Shown: positions 13,646-26,300 of the stretch, piece by piece
Numbering within the stretch: the stretch's first letter is position 1
Layout: each line of letters opens with the position of its first letter
From: Diadema antillarum
Taxonomy: Eukaryota
Reading direction: 5' to 3'
DNA: 64,000 nt
Assembly (NCBI RefSeq): GCF_040938485.1
Contig: NW_027271554.1
Coordinates: 1,612,001 to 1,676,000, forward strand
Notes under the pieces: generated by a model
What the model saw: the letters and a program-made list of their open reading frames with translations, nothing else
The model's database searches: none
What the model was told of the DNA's origin: nothing
Position numbers and translations under genes: made by a program

Positions 13646-14214
13646 TCTAATATTCCCCTCTGAAATGCAGGCATTTAAATTCGTTAATTATCACGCAATT
13701 TCAAGTAGTTGCTGTCAGAGTTAACTAAAAAATGTGAGCTTTAATTCGTATCCAAAAAAGGAACACGGGAAAGATGAAGATGATAATGAGGAAGAAAAAT
13801 TATAAAATGAGAGAAAAAAAAAAGAAAAATGAAAAAGATGAAAGATGAAGCCAGAAATTTGACCGTAAATATTGTACTTCGTAGGTATGTTTGTGAATGA
13901 TTATGTGTGTATGTTACTTTAAAATGTATATTGTGTCCAGACACGACTGGACACGCTTCTTTTTAGCTAAATAGGGGGATTACACTTGTTTCTGAGTCGA
14001 TTAAGAAAACACATGCATTTTTTTTAGTAGTGAAACAGAAGGACCTCTTTCCATTTTTTTTTTTTGATGAGCCTCTTGACAATTTTAGGACTTAACTGAA
14101 ACAAGTTGCTTAAAGTAGATAATAATAATTATAGTCGGTTCTTTGAACGCATAATACCATAAGACAAAATTAATGGAAACGAAATCTTTCAAATATTTTT
14201 CTATCCACATGTAA

Positions 14215-14545
14215 TTAACAATTATCAAACAGGTGAGTTTTGAACACAGATTTGAATTTATCAAAATCTGTACTGCATCTAGTACTGAGAGGGATATTAT
14301 TCCGTAATTATGGTGCCATTTTTCCAAAAGCCCTATCACCAAATGTCTTAGATTTGACACTTACGCCATTCAGAGAGGACTTTTTTTATTCTTATTTTGA
14401 GGGCAATCAGTTATACGACCAGGATGATATGGCTTGATGAGCTCATTGAGGTATGCTGAGGCATTTCCATGAAAACATTTGAATACAAAGGTCAAAATCT
14501 TAAACCAGATAAGAGCTCTTACGGGCAACCAATGAAGATAGACTA
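14215..14545 (-). mobile_element. L2-clade LINE 3' fragment
   Basis: LHWLPVRALIWFKILTFVFKCFHG...KTFGDRAF...FKTHLF, the typical L2 ORF2 C-terminus, with stops. Confidence 0.8.
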
Positions 14546-14589
14546 CGAAGGATGGGATACGAAACAAAAAATACATTAAATCTTTAGTG

Positions 14590-14712
14590 TATTCTTCTTC
14601 TTCTTCTTCTTGGTTTTCTTCTTCTTCTTCTTCCTCTTCTTCTTCTTCTTCTTCTCCTCATCCTCCTCCTTCTCCTTCCTCTCCTCCTCCTTTTTCGTTT
14701 TCTTCTTCTTTC
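14590..14712. repeat. (TTC)n/(TCC)n microsatellite
   Basis: Direct inspection. Confidence 0.92.
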
Positions 14713-16442
14713 ATTTGTAGTGTGTGCTTCACATAATCACACTGTATAGTGGTGCGTGCACATCAATCAAACCATGAGCGTATATAGGCTCTCAGTCAAA
14801 GAGATTTTTCTTCTCCTCACTCAGCTCTTTGGCTCTCAGTACACACTTAAAATTCATCGGAGGAATACAGTACATGTACTTGCTACAACTTGACTTCCCG
14901 TTATGCCTTGGAAGCAGGAAGGTATTAAATGGGAAGTTAGCCGGATCCTCCTTGACCTTGAGTGCATTCCATTTCCTGCTGGTGGTCCTGCCCCTGGGTG
15001 CGCCCAGTAACACACCCTTGACACACCTTTTGTGTCAGCCAATCGTATCGAAGCAATTTGCCAACGCGAACTTCCACAACAATTTACCATACTACGATCA
15101 GCTCTTGAACCTGTGCCAATTGTGTGTCTGCCTATCTACACTCGCCCTAAATATATCGGCTTCTGCTATCGACATTCATCCTAAGAATCACAGGGTACCG
15201 AATGCGTACGCTGAACTGTCATCCTTTCATCTAACATCCTTTTTTGTCAAAATTACTGATGGGTATTTCCTTTACATAGCGTTACAAATATCTTACAAAT
15301 TACCTGCTACAAAATGTATTTCTAAAACGTCACTTCTCTTGTCTGAAAGAGAAACTGGACTCCGCAAAGGATCTACTAGTACTTGGTGACAGACTGCACC
15401 CGGATGGCGAGCTATTGGGGGCGATTATTGCTATGGTCGAACAACAACTCGACCAAACGTCATTACAAACGCGCCAACAGAACTACATGTCTTCTGCTGT
15501 GCGCCTGGGCGTGGGAGAAGCATGAAGCACATACATGTAGACCATGCCTTTTATACGTTTACGTGTGAAGAGACATTCCGTTGCAGTTCGGAAATCATTT
15601 TAATTGCCACAAAATACTTGCTGTAAATGACGACGTGCTGTGTGTGTAATAGGAATTACTGTAATTTAATGCTGGCATAGCGTCGTTGGACTTGAAATAT
15701 TTGAACCTCACACCATGCACCAGCGAAACTAGCTGATAAAATACTAGTAATCGGTTGAAGGAAGAACAATTAAACCCCACGGAGGGCAACGGACAACTCG
15801 CATTTTGAGCGCAACACCATTATCTCGGAATAATAGGTAGGTGTATACGTTGGTAAAATCTAACGCAGTTTTCAAATCTATTGCGGTGTGCTCTGTCTTT
15901 TAGAGGCGGGCGTAGCGCGCTATTCCGCGAAAAACTTCTCATTTATAGTAATGACATTTGCTGGGTCAGTTTTTCGCTTCTTAACTGACCCAGCAAATGT
16001 CATTAAACTTTACTTATAAATGAGAAGTTTTTCGCGGAATTAGACATAGACTACTTGTCGGTTAAGCCAAAAATATACTTGATGATTACAATTAATCTAC
16101 AATTCTGCACACAGTCAGGTTTACAGTCTAATGACATGTCTGACGTTAATGTTAAGTTTTTTTTTTTTTTTAGTTTACTACAATACTAAAACTGTCCCCT
16201 GCCAATGGGTTATTATACTAACATGTTAAAGTAATTCAATCAGGGTGGAAGACCAAATATTATAAGGCCAGGAAAGGTTGTTAGTAATTCTATATTTCTA
16301 CATGTAGCAGGTGGTCAAATTGTTGATGGCATTAAATTATGGGCACAGACACTCAAGAGACAGCATTTTTGACAGTAACACTAACAGTAACTGCAAAAAG
16401 TGTCATCCTGTAGAAAAACAACAACAACATAGCATGATTTAG

Positions 16443-16830
16443 CGGGAAAAACTAAATCTGCCAATTCTTGCCTGGAGACGCCAGGTCCTGAGATTATTTA
16501 CATCCTTCTTCAAAGTGGTCGAGGGGTTGGTCCCAGAACTACCTGTTGAAAAGTTTCTTTCAAAAGTAAGATCAAAGCAAAATATTAAGCAAAGAAATTC
16601 GAAGATTGTAACGTAGACAACATTTGTAGAGAAATATGTTAGATCTTCTACAAATCATACAAAGTGTTACTCGGTAAGACTCTTGTAAAACAGAGCAACT
16701 GAAAAATTCCTTTTTGTGTGAAAATAACTCTGGTTTGGCTTGGAACCAGCTCCCCACCGAAGTTGTCAATAGCGTATCACCTGAAGTATGCAAAGCAAAG
16801 ATTGAGAAAAGTCATCTTCGATTCGAGAAA
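16443..16830 (+). mobile_element. CR1-like LINE 3' fragment
   Basis: LNLPILAWRRQVLRL...FFKVVEGLVP...WNQLPTEVVNS motifs, with stops and frameshifts. Confidence 0.72.
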
Positions 16831-17135
16831 AGTACCACGCGCCCTCTCTCACCCGGTGCCTTATACCAAAAGGTCCTGCACTGTACTACATCCAGATCCT
16901 GATCCAGATTTGTTAAACTTTCATATGTACCGTACGGGTAAACTTGGCCCCCAGCACGCGCATTACAAGTGGCCGAGTTTACCAGCTCTGCCGAGTTTAC
17001 TCGTACTATGGTAATATGATTATCAACATGAGCGAAAGGTAGCACTGGAGCTTTGTGTTCTGATTCCATTTTTCTTTTTTCAACCCATCCCTCCATTCCA
17101 CTTGTTTTCCAGAAATCTCAGTCTCTCAATCAGTC

Positions 17136-17314
17136 ATGGCCAACGGTCAGATCCAAGTGACCATTGAGAATTTCATCGACGGCGAATTCGTCCCGACGTC
17201 CTGCCACGTGGACAGCTACGACCCTTCGGTGGGAAAAGCCTGGGCAAAAATTCCAGACAGCGGCAAGGAAGAAGTCAATTTGGCGGTGGCAGCGGCCAAG
17301 CGAGCATTCAAGTC
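17136..17314 (+). CDS. ALDH8A1: ALDH8A1 coding exon 1
   Basis: MANGQIQVTIENFIDGEF...AAAKRAFK; donor GTAAGT at 17315. An acceptor at 17112 implies an upstream non-coding exon. Confidence 0.92.
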
Positions 17315-20300
17315 GTAAGTACGATGTTGGTGTTGCTCGTAAGGACACAGTCCAAAGCACAAAGGAATGTATGTCAAGTAAATCCTTGAAAGGTTACCTG
17401 TGAGTTGAATCAATTCACTGCATTTATTACCTCTGCCAATGGAGGAGGTTATGTTTTAATTGGCGTTTGTTTGTTTGTTTGTTGGTTTGTTGGTTTGTTT
17501 GATTGTGCACTAAATAACTTAAAAAGTTATGAACAGAATTGGATGAAACTTAGAGGAAAGTTTGAGAATAACTCAAGGAACAGATAATTAAATTTTGGTA
17601 CTGATCCAGAAATTTTTATGGATTTCATGAAGGATTTTTTATATTTTGGTTGGTAGGGTCAATGAACTTGGGAGCACAAGCTGCACATTTTTTGAGGTTT
17701 GCATGTACGCGCACTAAAGTGCATGCTTTAGTTTCTACTAGAGCAAGGGGTGCCATGCAGCTGGAAGTCGATGACATAACAAAAGACTTCTACACATATT
17801 GGGAAATTGGGCGATTTTCAGCATGCATACGTATGGGTGGAAATCACTGATCTCTGTGGAAGAACAAGATCAGTGGTGGAAATGAGCTGCTTGGCAGAGG
17901 TCTGCGCTCCCAGAGTGCTTCTTTAGTTTTGAATGTAATGGGCAGTAATGCTGCATCTTCTATCTGACTGAGAACCAAACCTTCATTCATATTCCTAATA
18001 GAACTACTTAATACTGAAACAGGCAAGAATAAAAAACAAATCTAGAACAGCACTCTGAGAGTGCAGACCTCCGCCAAGCAGCTAGTTTTCACATACGCAC
18101 ACTCGATGCTGCTGAAAATCACCCAATTACCCAATATAGAAACCTTTTGTTTACGACATCTTCCACTTGCACGGCGCCTCACCCAAGCAGAACACATGCT
18201 TCAGTGCGCATATATATGCAAATCTGTGCAAATATATGCAAATATATATGCAAATACGCTTAGCTTGGATTGTCCCGAGTCCATTGACTTTATCTACGAA
18301 AAGATATATAAAGTCCAGAAAATTCCCAGATCACTACCAAAATTAAATCATTTGTTCCATGTGTCATTAACAATTTTTCCTGCAAATTTTATCTAAATCT
18401 GTCCACAACGTTTTGAGTTATTTTTCACACAAACAAACAACAAACAAATGGTTTAATACAAACTTTTAACAAGCACCAATGAAAACATAACCTCCTTTCT
18501 TGGCGGAGATAACAAGTGGCAGACATCACAAAGTTGTTTGTTCACCAAAGACAATTTACAAAATGTTTTTGGTATCAAGACACACACGGTTTCTACTAAA
18601 GGACACTGAATATCTCTTCAAATCAAATTGATAATTTCCACGAGAACATTTATTCCAGATATTAGATCTATCTTCAGGTGATGGATGTTAACTATTGGGC
18701 ATTATATTTTTGTTGACGTACCATTCTATTCTGTGTTACCATTTTGTCTTTTTGCGATTTGTAATCATTTAATGATTTTTGTAAATGTTTTAATTGATTG
18801 TAATTTGTTTTAATAAAAACAACATAAAAAGATCACAACAACAAATAGTGACACAATAAATTCAAAACGAAAGAAAAGTTTTACATGGTTGTCAAAATTT
18901 CATTGGATGTTGTGCAGATGGTCCAGGACCAGTCCAGCTGAGAGGTCAAAGGTGATGAACAAGATCGCAGACCTGATTGAGGCCAACCTGGATGAACTAG
19001 CTCAACTGGAGTCACGTGACCAAGGCAAGCCCGTCTGGTTGGCCAGAGCCATTGACATTCCACGTGCAGTGCACAACTTTCGCTTCTTTGCGTCCTTCAT
19101 CTTACACACAAGAAACAGGTATGCGCATAAGGAAGATTTTGAATAAAGCAGACTATTTTTTCTTTTTGCCTCTCAACCTGTATTTAAGAATATTCCATTG
19201 TAAGATACTTCTATATACATGCAAAGCATTAACCCATTGAGGACAGGCTGACTTTGCTATATAACACACATTCCCCGTGGACACCTGCCTGAGTATCCTC
19301 AGGACTGGTCTTCAACGGGTTAACCCTAATCAGGCTGGGCTTTTTTGGCTATGCTATATCGGGGGGGGGGGGGATTCCGCCCCTCCCTTCAGATCTCTCC
19401 TATGGAACGCGTGATCGCGCCGAAAATCGGCACATGCAACGCCCGCGACGTATACTATCAAAATGTATGGTTGCTTTCTCTGAAAATTTTTTCTTATATT
19501 TTTGTAATTTATGCATAAAATCAGTTTTGGGCTCTAAATCACTTATTAATGCTCTAATTAAGCTAATTTCTTTTTAAAAATGTTTCTTGTATCATTCTCC
19601 TGAGCCATATGATAAAAAAAAATCTGTATCGAAATTAATTTCTTATGTATTTGATTGTTTTTTGAATTTCTTATGTATTTCTTTGTTTTTCGACCTTTTG
19701 TTTTTGTTTCTTTTTTGGCCAAAATTTGTCACAGACATTTTTCGAAGCTTTATTATGCTAAAATAAATTGATTTCGTCCATTCTAAGTCAAGATATGAAT
19801 TTTTATGTGAATTAATTGAAAAAACACAATTTGCATTGGATTTGTACACAAAATCACGTTTTGGAGCAATTTTGGGGTTGACAAATTTTTTTCGAACAGG
19901 CGTCGCGTCAAAATGGTACGCGCAGGCGCAACAATTTTGGTCTCAAAAGTTGCGCGATACTTGAAAGAAAAAAGTCATGAAACATCGCGGCGGGAGCTTA
20001 TCGCGCTGCGAAGATATTGCGCGAAACGTCGAGGGGGGGGGGCGGATTCCGCCCCCCCCCCCCCCCCCCCAGCCTGATTAGGGTTAAAATTGTTTGGAGG
20101 GATTGTGTGAAAAATCCGACAATACAGCAAAAGATGACATGATACTTTTGCAGACATATCAAAAAATTGTCCTTTCCTGAAATGACAGAGTGGGCAATTA
20201 AATATACATGTACAGCACATGTTCTGTTTTATTAAAAAAGTAATTTTGTCAGTTATTGGTAGTCAAATTTTAGTCTTAAAAAGTTAATCCATCTGATAAT

Positions 20301-23300
20301 TCTTGTACAGATGATGTATAATCTCCCTTCCCCCAATCATAAGATCTAAGCAAGTCTTTTATTTTTCTCAAAAGTTTATAGGACCCCATTTCTGTTTAAC
20401 CATCAAAGTACCTCTACCTTATTGTTGACATGTATGCAGTGCCAGTTTACCTATGGTATACCTAAACGAGAGAGTTAACCATTCCTTCCATGTGGGCAGC
20501 TCCACCATCTTGTCGGAAGTCAACGCCACCAACTACACCATGCGGATCCCCGTGGGTGTGGCCGCCCTCATCAGCCCCTGGAACCTGCCCCTCTACCTGC
20601 TCACCTTCAAGATCGCACCCTGCATCGCCGCCGGCAACACCTGCGTATGCAAACCCAGCGAGATGACCTCGGTGAGCTCGTGGAAGCTGGCGGCACTCAT
20701 GAAGAAAGCAGGTGAAGGCTTTGGGGCCCTGGGTCCACCGTAGCTTGTCGTATCTCGATACCACTCGTAGTAACTCTTATTGTTGGAAGCCCTCATTTGC
20801 AAAGCATTGTGGGATGTAGGGTGGGGTAGAGCCAAACAAGCCTTTAAATCGTTAGATGTTAGATTTCATCCTTAATACATCATGTTTTGGGTGGGAAAGA
20901 TGTGGGGCTTGAAACTGGACACTTATTTTTAGCCCATTTCTGCATGGAGCCACGATGTGGCATCATGTGCATACAAAAATGTAAACGAAATGGCATATAA
21001 AAGAGGGCCATTCACAGGAACGATGACTTGCAAATCCTTTAATCTTGTTCCCAACCAGGAAGGGGTGACTATGATGGAAAAGAAATGTCAAATTCCACAA
21101 TCATGCATTACTGATGGCATGGAATAATCAGCATGCATGCTGCTCTGTCAAATCTGGGCTTCCATCGTGTAGCAAGGGAGGCAGTTGTCGCATGACATCA
21201 AATCATGGCATAACACCGCAACCCACCAAATCCCAGAAACCATATAGTTTGATGTTGTTCCTTTATTTTTTGTTTGTTTATTTTTTCCTCCTTACTTATC
21301 TGTGTTAGTGATTCATAAGGTAGAAGAAGGCATTATTTTTCATTTGATACAATTTTTTGTTTTGGTTTGCAGAATATTCAAAGCCTCTCCATTGTTTATA
21401 TTTTAATATGACTGACCACATTCACAAAAATCAAAGTTGATATGTCTATCTCAAATTGGCAAAGTCTTTTTTTCCCCTGGATTTAATGAAATCAACCAGG
21501 TTTTTTTAAAAATCTTTCTTCAATAAATTCAAATATGTGGTGAAGTTCAGAGTTGCCAATTTGATGAGGGGAAGACAATGATTTTTGCAGCAAAATTCTT
21601 CTGGGACTTGATGGGTGTAGGGTTGCCTGGGGCTGAACAGCTCTGTAAATATTACATACAATCTTTGCAGTCAGGTTGCTGCTACAAGGGTTCGATTGTG
21701 CCTGTGTCTTTTTGTGTGTGCACATGGTTTGTGTCATGTATGTGAATGATGTGTGTGTACATGATGATGCGCGCTGAGTGTGGTAGCAACAAAAGGCAAC
21801 TTAAACACCACAGTCGGGGGAGAGTGGCGACTGAGATACAATATATCCAAGTCCCGCCCTGCATGTGGTGGTGTGCTCAGACTGTTTAATGTTGTGCACA
21901 TTTGAGTGTGGTGGCAACAAACTACAACTAGCCTCAGTGGGGGGAAAAAGTAGGGACTGTGATATATCCAAGTCCCATCCCACAGGTGGTTGTGTGCCCA
22001 AACTGTTTTCAATGTTGTGCACATTTTCCATGCTCTTTATGATCTTTGCTTCAGCCGAGCAACAGGGTGTTCACTGCGACAACTGCCTCCCTTCAAGAGA
22101 TAAGCATCTGTTTAGTTTGAATAAATTCAAAATACTCCTCTAGTTAATACAAAGATACCAAGATTTGAACCAAAAAGTAGCTGTCACAATACAAACATTA
22201 TATTCAGCAATTCCCACAGATTCTTTGCAATTTCGAACATGATGTTTAAATTGCCTTTGATGGAAAATGTTTTCATGGATGTCACATATTTCATTTTAAA
22301 TCTGCGTTTTAAGATTTATGTCTATTTTCATACCAAAAGCTGCCTAACTTATCAAAATTTAAACAACAAAGGTTAATGAATAATGTAGGCCTATTGGTAA
22401 TAAAGGAATGCAATAAAAACAAGAATAAAGAGATGCTATACTCTAATTTTCCGTCATTGTATTGTAGAGTACCAAAGTATGATGTCATAGTCATTCATCG
22501 CTATGGAAACTGGTTCTAAACAATCTCATCTGGCCCAAATATCTGTGAAGACAATTGTTGCTATAAACCGTGCTCCAATTTTGTTCCAACCCATCCTATA
22601 ACAAAAGACTGTGACATCATCACTTTGGTGCTCTATTGAGTCATCTTGAATTCATGGGAGTGTTTCATCAAGAGTTTTGTCAGATATTTTTTCTGACAAA
22701 CTGTCTTAAGCTACTAAAACCGTGTGTCTAATCGGGTGAGAGCAAATTTGTCAGAAGAAATATCTGACAAAACACTTGGTGCAATGCTGCCAAAACTGAT
22801 ATTCATTGTGTGTTTTACAAGTTTGAATTCATACTGAGGTCGAGTCTTCAAATATAAAATTATTTTAAAAATGTGGAATGCCAGCATCAATCATTGCTCC
22901 ACAGTGGAATTATGTAGCACAGCATTTCCACGTACGAAATTTTTGTAGTTTAAATGCAGTTTTAATGTCCCTCAGAACAAAGCATTGAGAATGGTCTTTG
23001 TTTTCAAGTTGGATGTGACTGTATTCACCATTCACCACAGCAGAAATTTGTTGCTTGTAACTGAAAATATGATATGATGTAACAGTTGTTTCTGCTGTTC
23101 AGCTAACCAATGGACGATGAATCATTTGTTTGCGTATGAAGCAGTCTGGCAATTTACTACTATGAGAATGAAAACAATCTGTCTGTTTTGAAATCAGTGA
23201 AACCTCTCGATATATGAAGCAACTCAGTATGGACTCATTAATTTGTAATCACATATCATATTCAAAATCAGATAATGCATCAGTTTGAATCTATTCTAGA

Positions 23301-26300
23301 ATATTGAGTTTTGGAGAGACTCATTTTTGGTGGAGTTATTTTCTTTTCATAAGCATTTTTTACTTTGTTTTGTTTTGCTTATGAGAACTAACTAGCCATC
23401 TCACTTTAACGCTTTGCTTTGTACATTGCAAATCTGTACACAAATGTGTGTGTGTAGGTCTCCCTAGCGGGGTCGTAAACATGGTGTATGGTTATGGGCC
23501 AAAAGCTGGCGCAGCCCTGGTCCAACACCCAGATGTCCCGCTCATCTCCTTCACCGGAGGCACCGCCACCGGCCTGAAGATCGCCGAGCTCTCCGCTCCC
23601 TACTGCAAAAAAATATCACTGGAGGTATTCTTTAATCGTAGCGTGGAAGACTGTCGCCAAGTATTTGGCGATTTAACCTTTTTTAATTGTTTGTTTTTCA
23701 TGTGCTTGTGTCTTCTTTTCCCCTGATATTCTGTGTCCTTTCTGTCATATTTTTGCAGAGGAAGGACAAAGGTCTCTCCAAGAAAAATTAAGAGTTGGAG
23801 AGGAAAGAGATCAGGATGAAGCAGGGCTTCTTATTTTCTTTTTTCTTTTTTTTTTTTAGTTCCTGCAGCATGTGACACATTTTACAGAAATCTCGTATGT
23901 GTGTGTGTATGTGCGTGTAGATATTTTTTTTCTGTTTTTATATATTTTATTTACAGTTCATGCTTTTCTGCACTTGGGCCAGTTACCCGCAGCAAAGGTG
24001 TTTAAATAATTTGTATTTCTGTCTCTGTTTTTGTCTTTGTTTTTGTCTTTGTCCTGTCTTTCATGTTTTCGAACCTTCTCTGCAGTGCTGTTGTTGTTGT
24101 TTCTTTGAGCACCCGTTGTTCGTCTCCATGCCTGCGGCAGCCCGCGATATGATGCACCATGAATAGTGATCCTCATCCAGAAGTGTGGAAAGAGGAACTT
24201 AGAGCGTTTCTTTGCATGTTTGTATGTGTGCGTGTGTGTGTGTGTGTGTGTATGTGAATGTGTGTATACACGCATGCAGCTGTATACTATTTCTGTGTTC
24301 TGATGTGCACGTCTGTGTCTTTGTAAATGTCTTTAACCATGGGGAAAAAGACTAAGAACTATGGTTTATAGTGTGTTCAAAGTAATGCCCAAATTGTCAG
24401 ATTGTCAAAAATTCAAATTGAATCCTAAATATCTTTTTGGAGGGGTAAATGTGTCCAAAACTTGTCTTTTTCACCTTCACCATTATTATAACTTTTGTTC
24501 ACCTTCCTTTTTGTCTATTACTGTATTCCTTTTGAAACACACTTTGGTCTGAAGTACACCATATGGGAAATAGTGGAGAGGGAAATTGCATTAATTATCT
24601 TTTTGTCATGTTTGAAGGCAAATACAAGTGCACGTAAGTGTGTCTGTCTGTGCCTGTATTATGTTTATCTGTATAATGTGTGTGTGTATGTTATATGCTG
24701 ATATGAAGAGAAGTGCAAATTTCATGCACAGTCCAGCGATGGCGTCTGTAAGGTTCATCTTAACTGACCTAGGGTCGAGTTCACAAGGTCATCAGATCCT
24801 TTTAATACAGTGCTCCCTCTTTCGTCAAGGTTCTACAGTGCTGCACCAGATTCCTCTCTACTTGTTTTGCTCACATGTGATTCTTTTTTTTAAAAACAGT
24901 CTACCTCCTTTTGTATCCCTTATACCCGTCATCTTTCATAAATCCTACGTCTTAAAGGTAATCACCCTCCTTTGCCGGCATTCTGAAATCCACAGTCATG
25001 TGTCTTTCCCAGTCCCCTCCAGAATCGTCACAGCTTTCATGTTAAGACAAGTCTTGCTCCTGTCTTTGATGAGGAGCCGCGATAAAAACTTCTTCATTTT
25101 TTTGAAAGTGTCTTTCAGTTGTGCTCTGGAAGCACTTAAATTTTCTTCTTTTGCAATCAATTCAAAATGAGGATTCATATTAATCAGAGATGTTGATACC
25201 TCAATTCAGATGATATGCCTTCAGGAGATGGCATCTTGCAGTACAACAAGTCTACAAAACTTTTCTTTTTCTCTCCCAAGATGCTTTGCAGAGGAGGGTC
25301 TTACCTTTGAGGGTAGGCATTCCATTCTGTCTGCTTTCACACATTTTTTTGTTAATGTCTTTCTTTTCTTCTTGTGTTTTGCCACCAACTTTGGCACTCT
25401 GCACCTCATTCTTTCAGTTTCATCGATTTCATGAAATTTTACTTTACATTTGTGTCACGATTGTGTGGCCTAACTCACATGGAAACACATTGTTAACATT
25501 TTTGTGCTCTTCCTCTGTGTGTGTGTGTTTGTTTGCGTGTGTTCGCGGAATCTGGTTCTTCGTGTGTGCAGCTCGGGGGGAAGAACGCGGCCCTGGTCTT
25601 CGATGATGCGGATGTGGATGGGATGATGCCGACGTCGGTGAAATCGGGGTTCATCAACCAGGGGGAGATCTGTCTGTGCATGAGCCGAATCTACGTCCAG
25701 GACACCATCTTTGACAAGTTTGTGGAGAAGTTTGTCGCCGCGGCCAGGTGAGTGAGAGCTAGAGGTTCAAGTCTATTTTCCTTTTTTTTTTGATGGGGAG
25801 GCCATAAATTGCCTCATATTTGGAGAAAAAGTGTAATGAAGAACAGCTGAAACAGATCAATTTAAACTTTTGCTATTTTATGAATTCACGTCAGCAGACT
25901 TTCAATTTGATCGTTTTTTTCGGCTGTTTTAAAAATGATTGTCTATTCATACCAAATGAAAGTGTGACCATCCTTCAATCTTATTGTGCATCTCTGAAGG
26001 TATAAAGGCGACTGTAGTGACTTTGTAGATGTACCATGCATATGTATTGGACGTATTTCACACAAGAGAATGAGGAAGATTTTGATGGCAGTTCAAGTTT
26101 CTTGATATTTGGTTGATATTTGTTATGGGGCCAGAATTTATTGTTTTATGCCATCCCTTAAATTACAGATGTAATCCAAGGCGACAATGGGGATAGACTA
26201 GAGAATAAAACATCAGAAAGATATCCCTGTTTGAGTTTGGTTTAAGTATTTAGTTAACCCATAGCTCAAGCATATTCATCAGCATTCAGCTGTCCATCCA

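Noticed and set aside
14792-15389. 186-aa ORF (+) and overlapping minus-strand frames
   Set aside because: No recognisable domain, and the minus frames are broken by stops. Possibly an old TE or pseudogene remnant but unsupported.
24628-25460. 180-aa ORF (+) and coding-like minus-strand sequence in ALDH8A1 intron 4
   Set aside because: Multiple stops in the protein-like frame; family not recognisable without a search.
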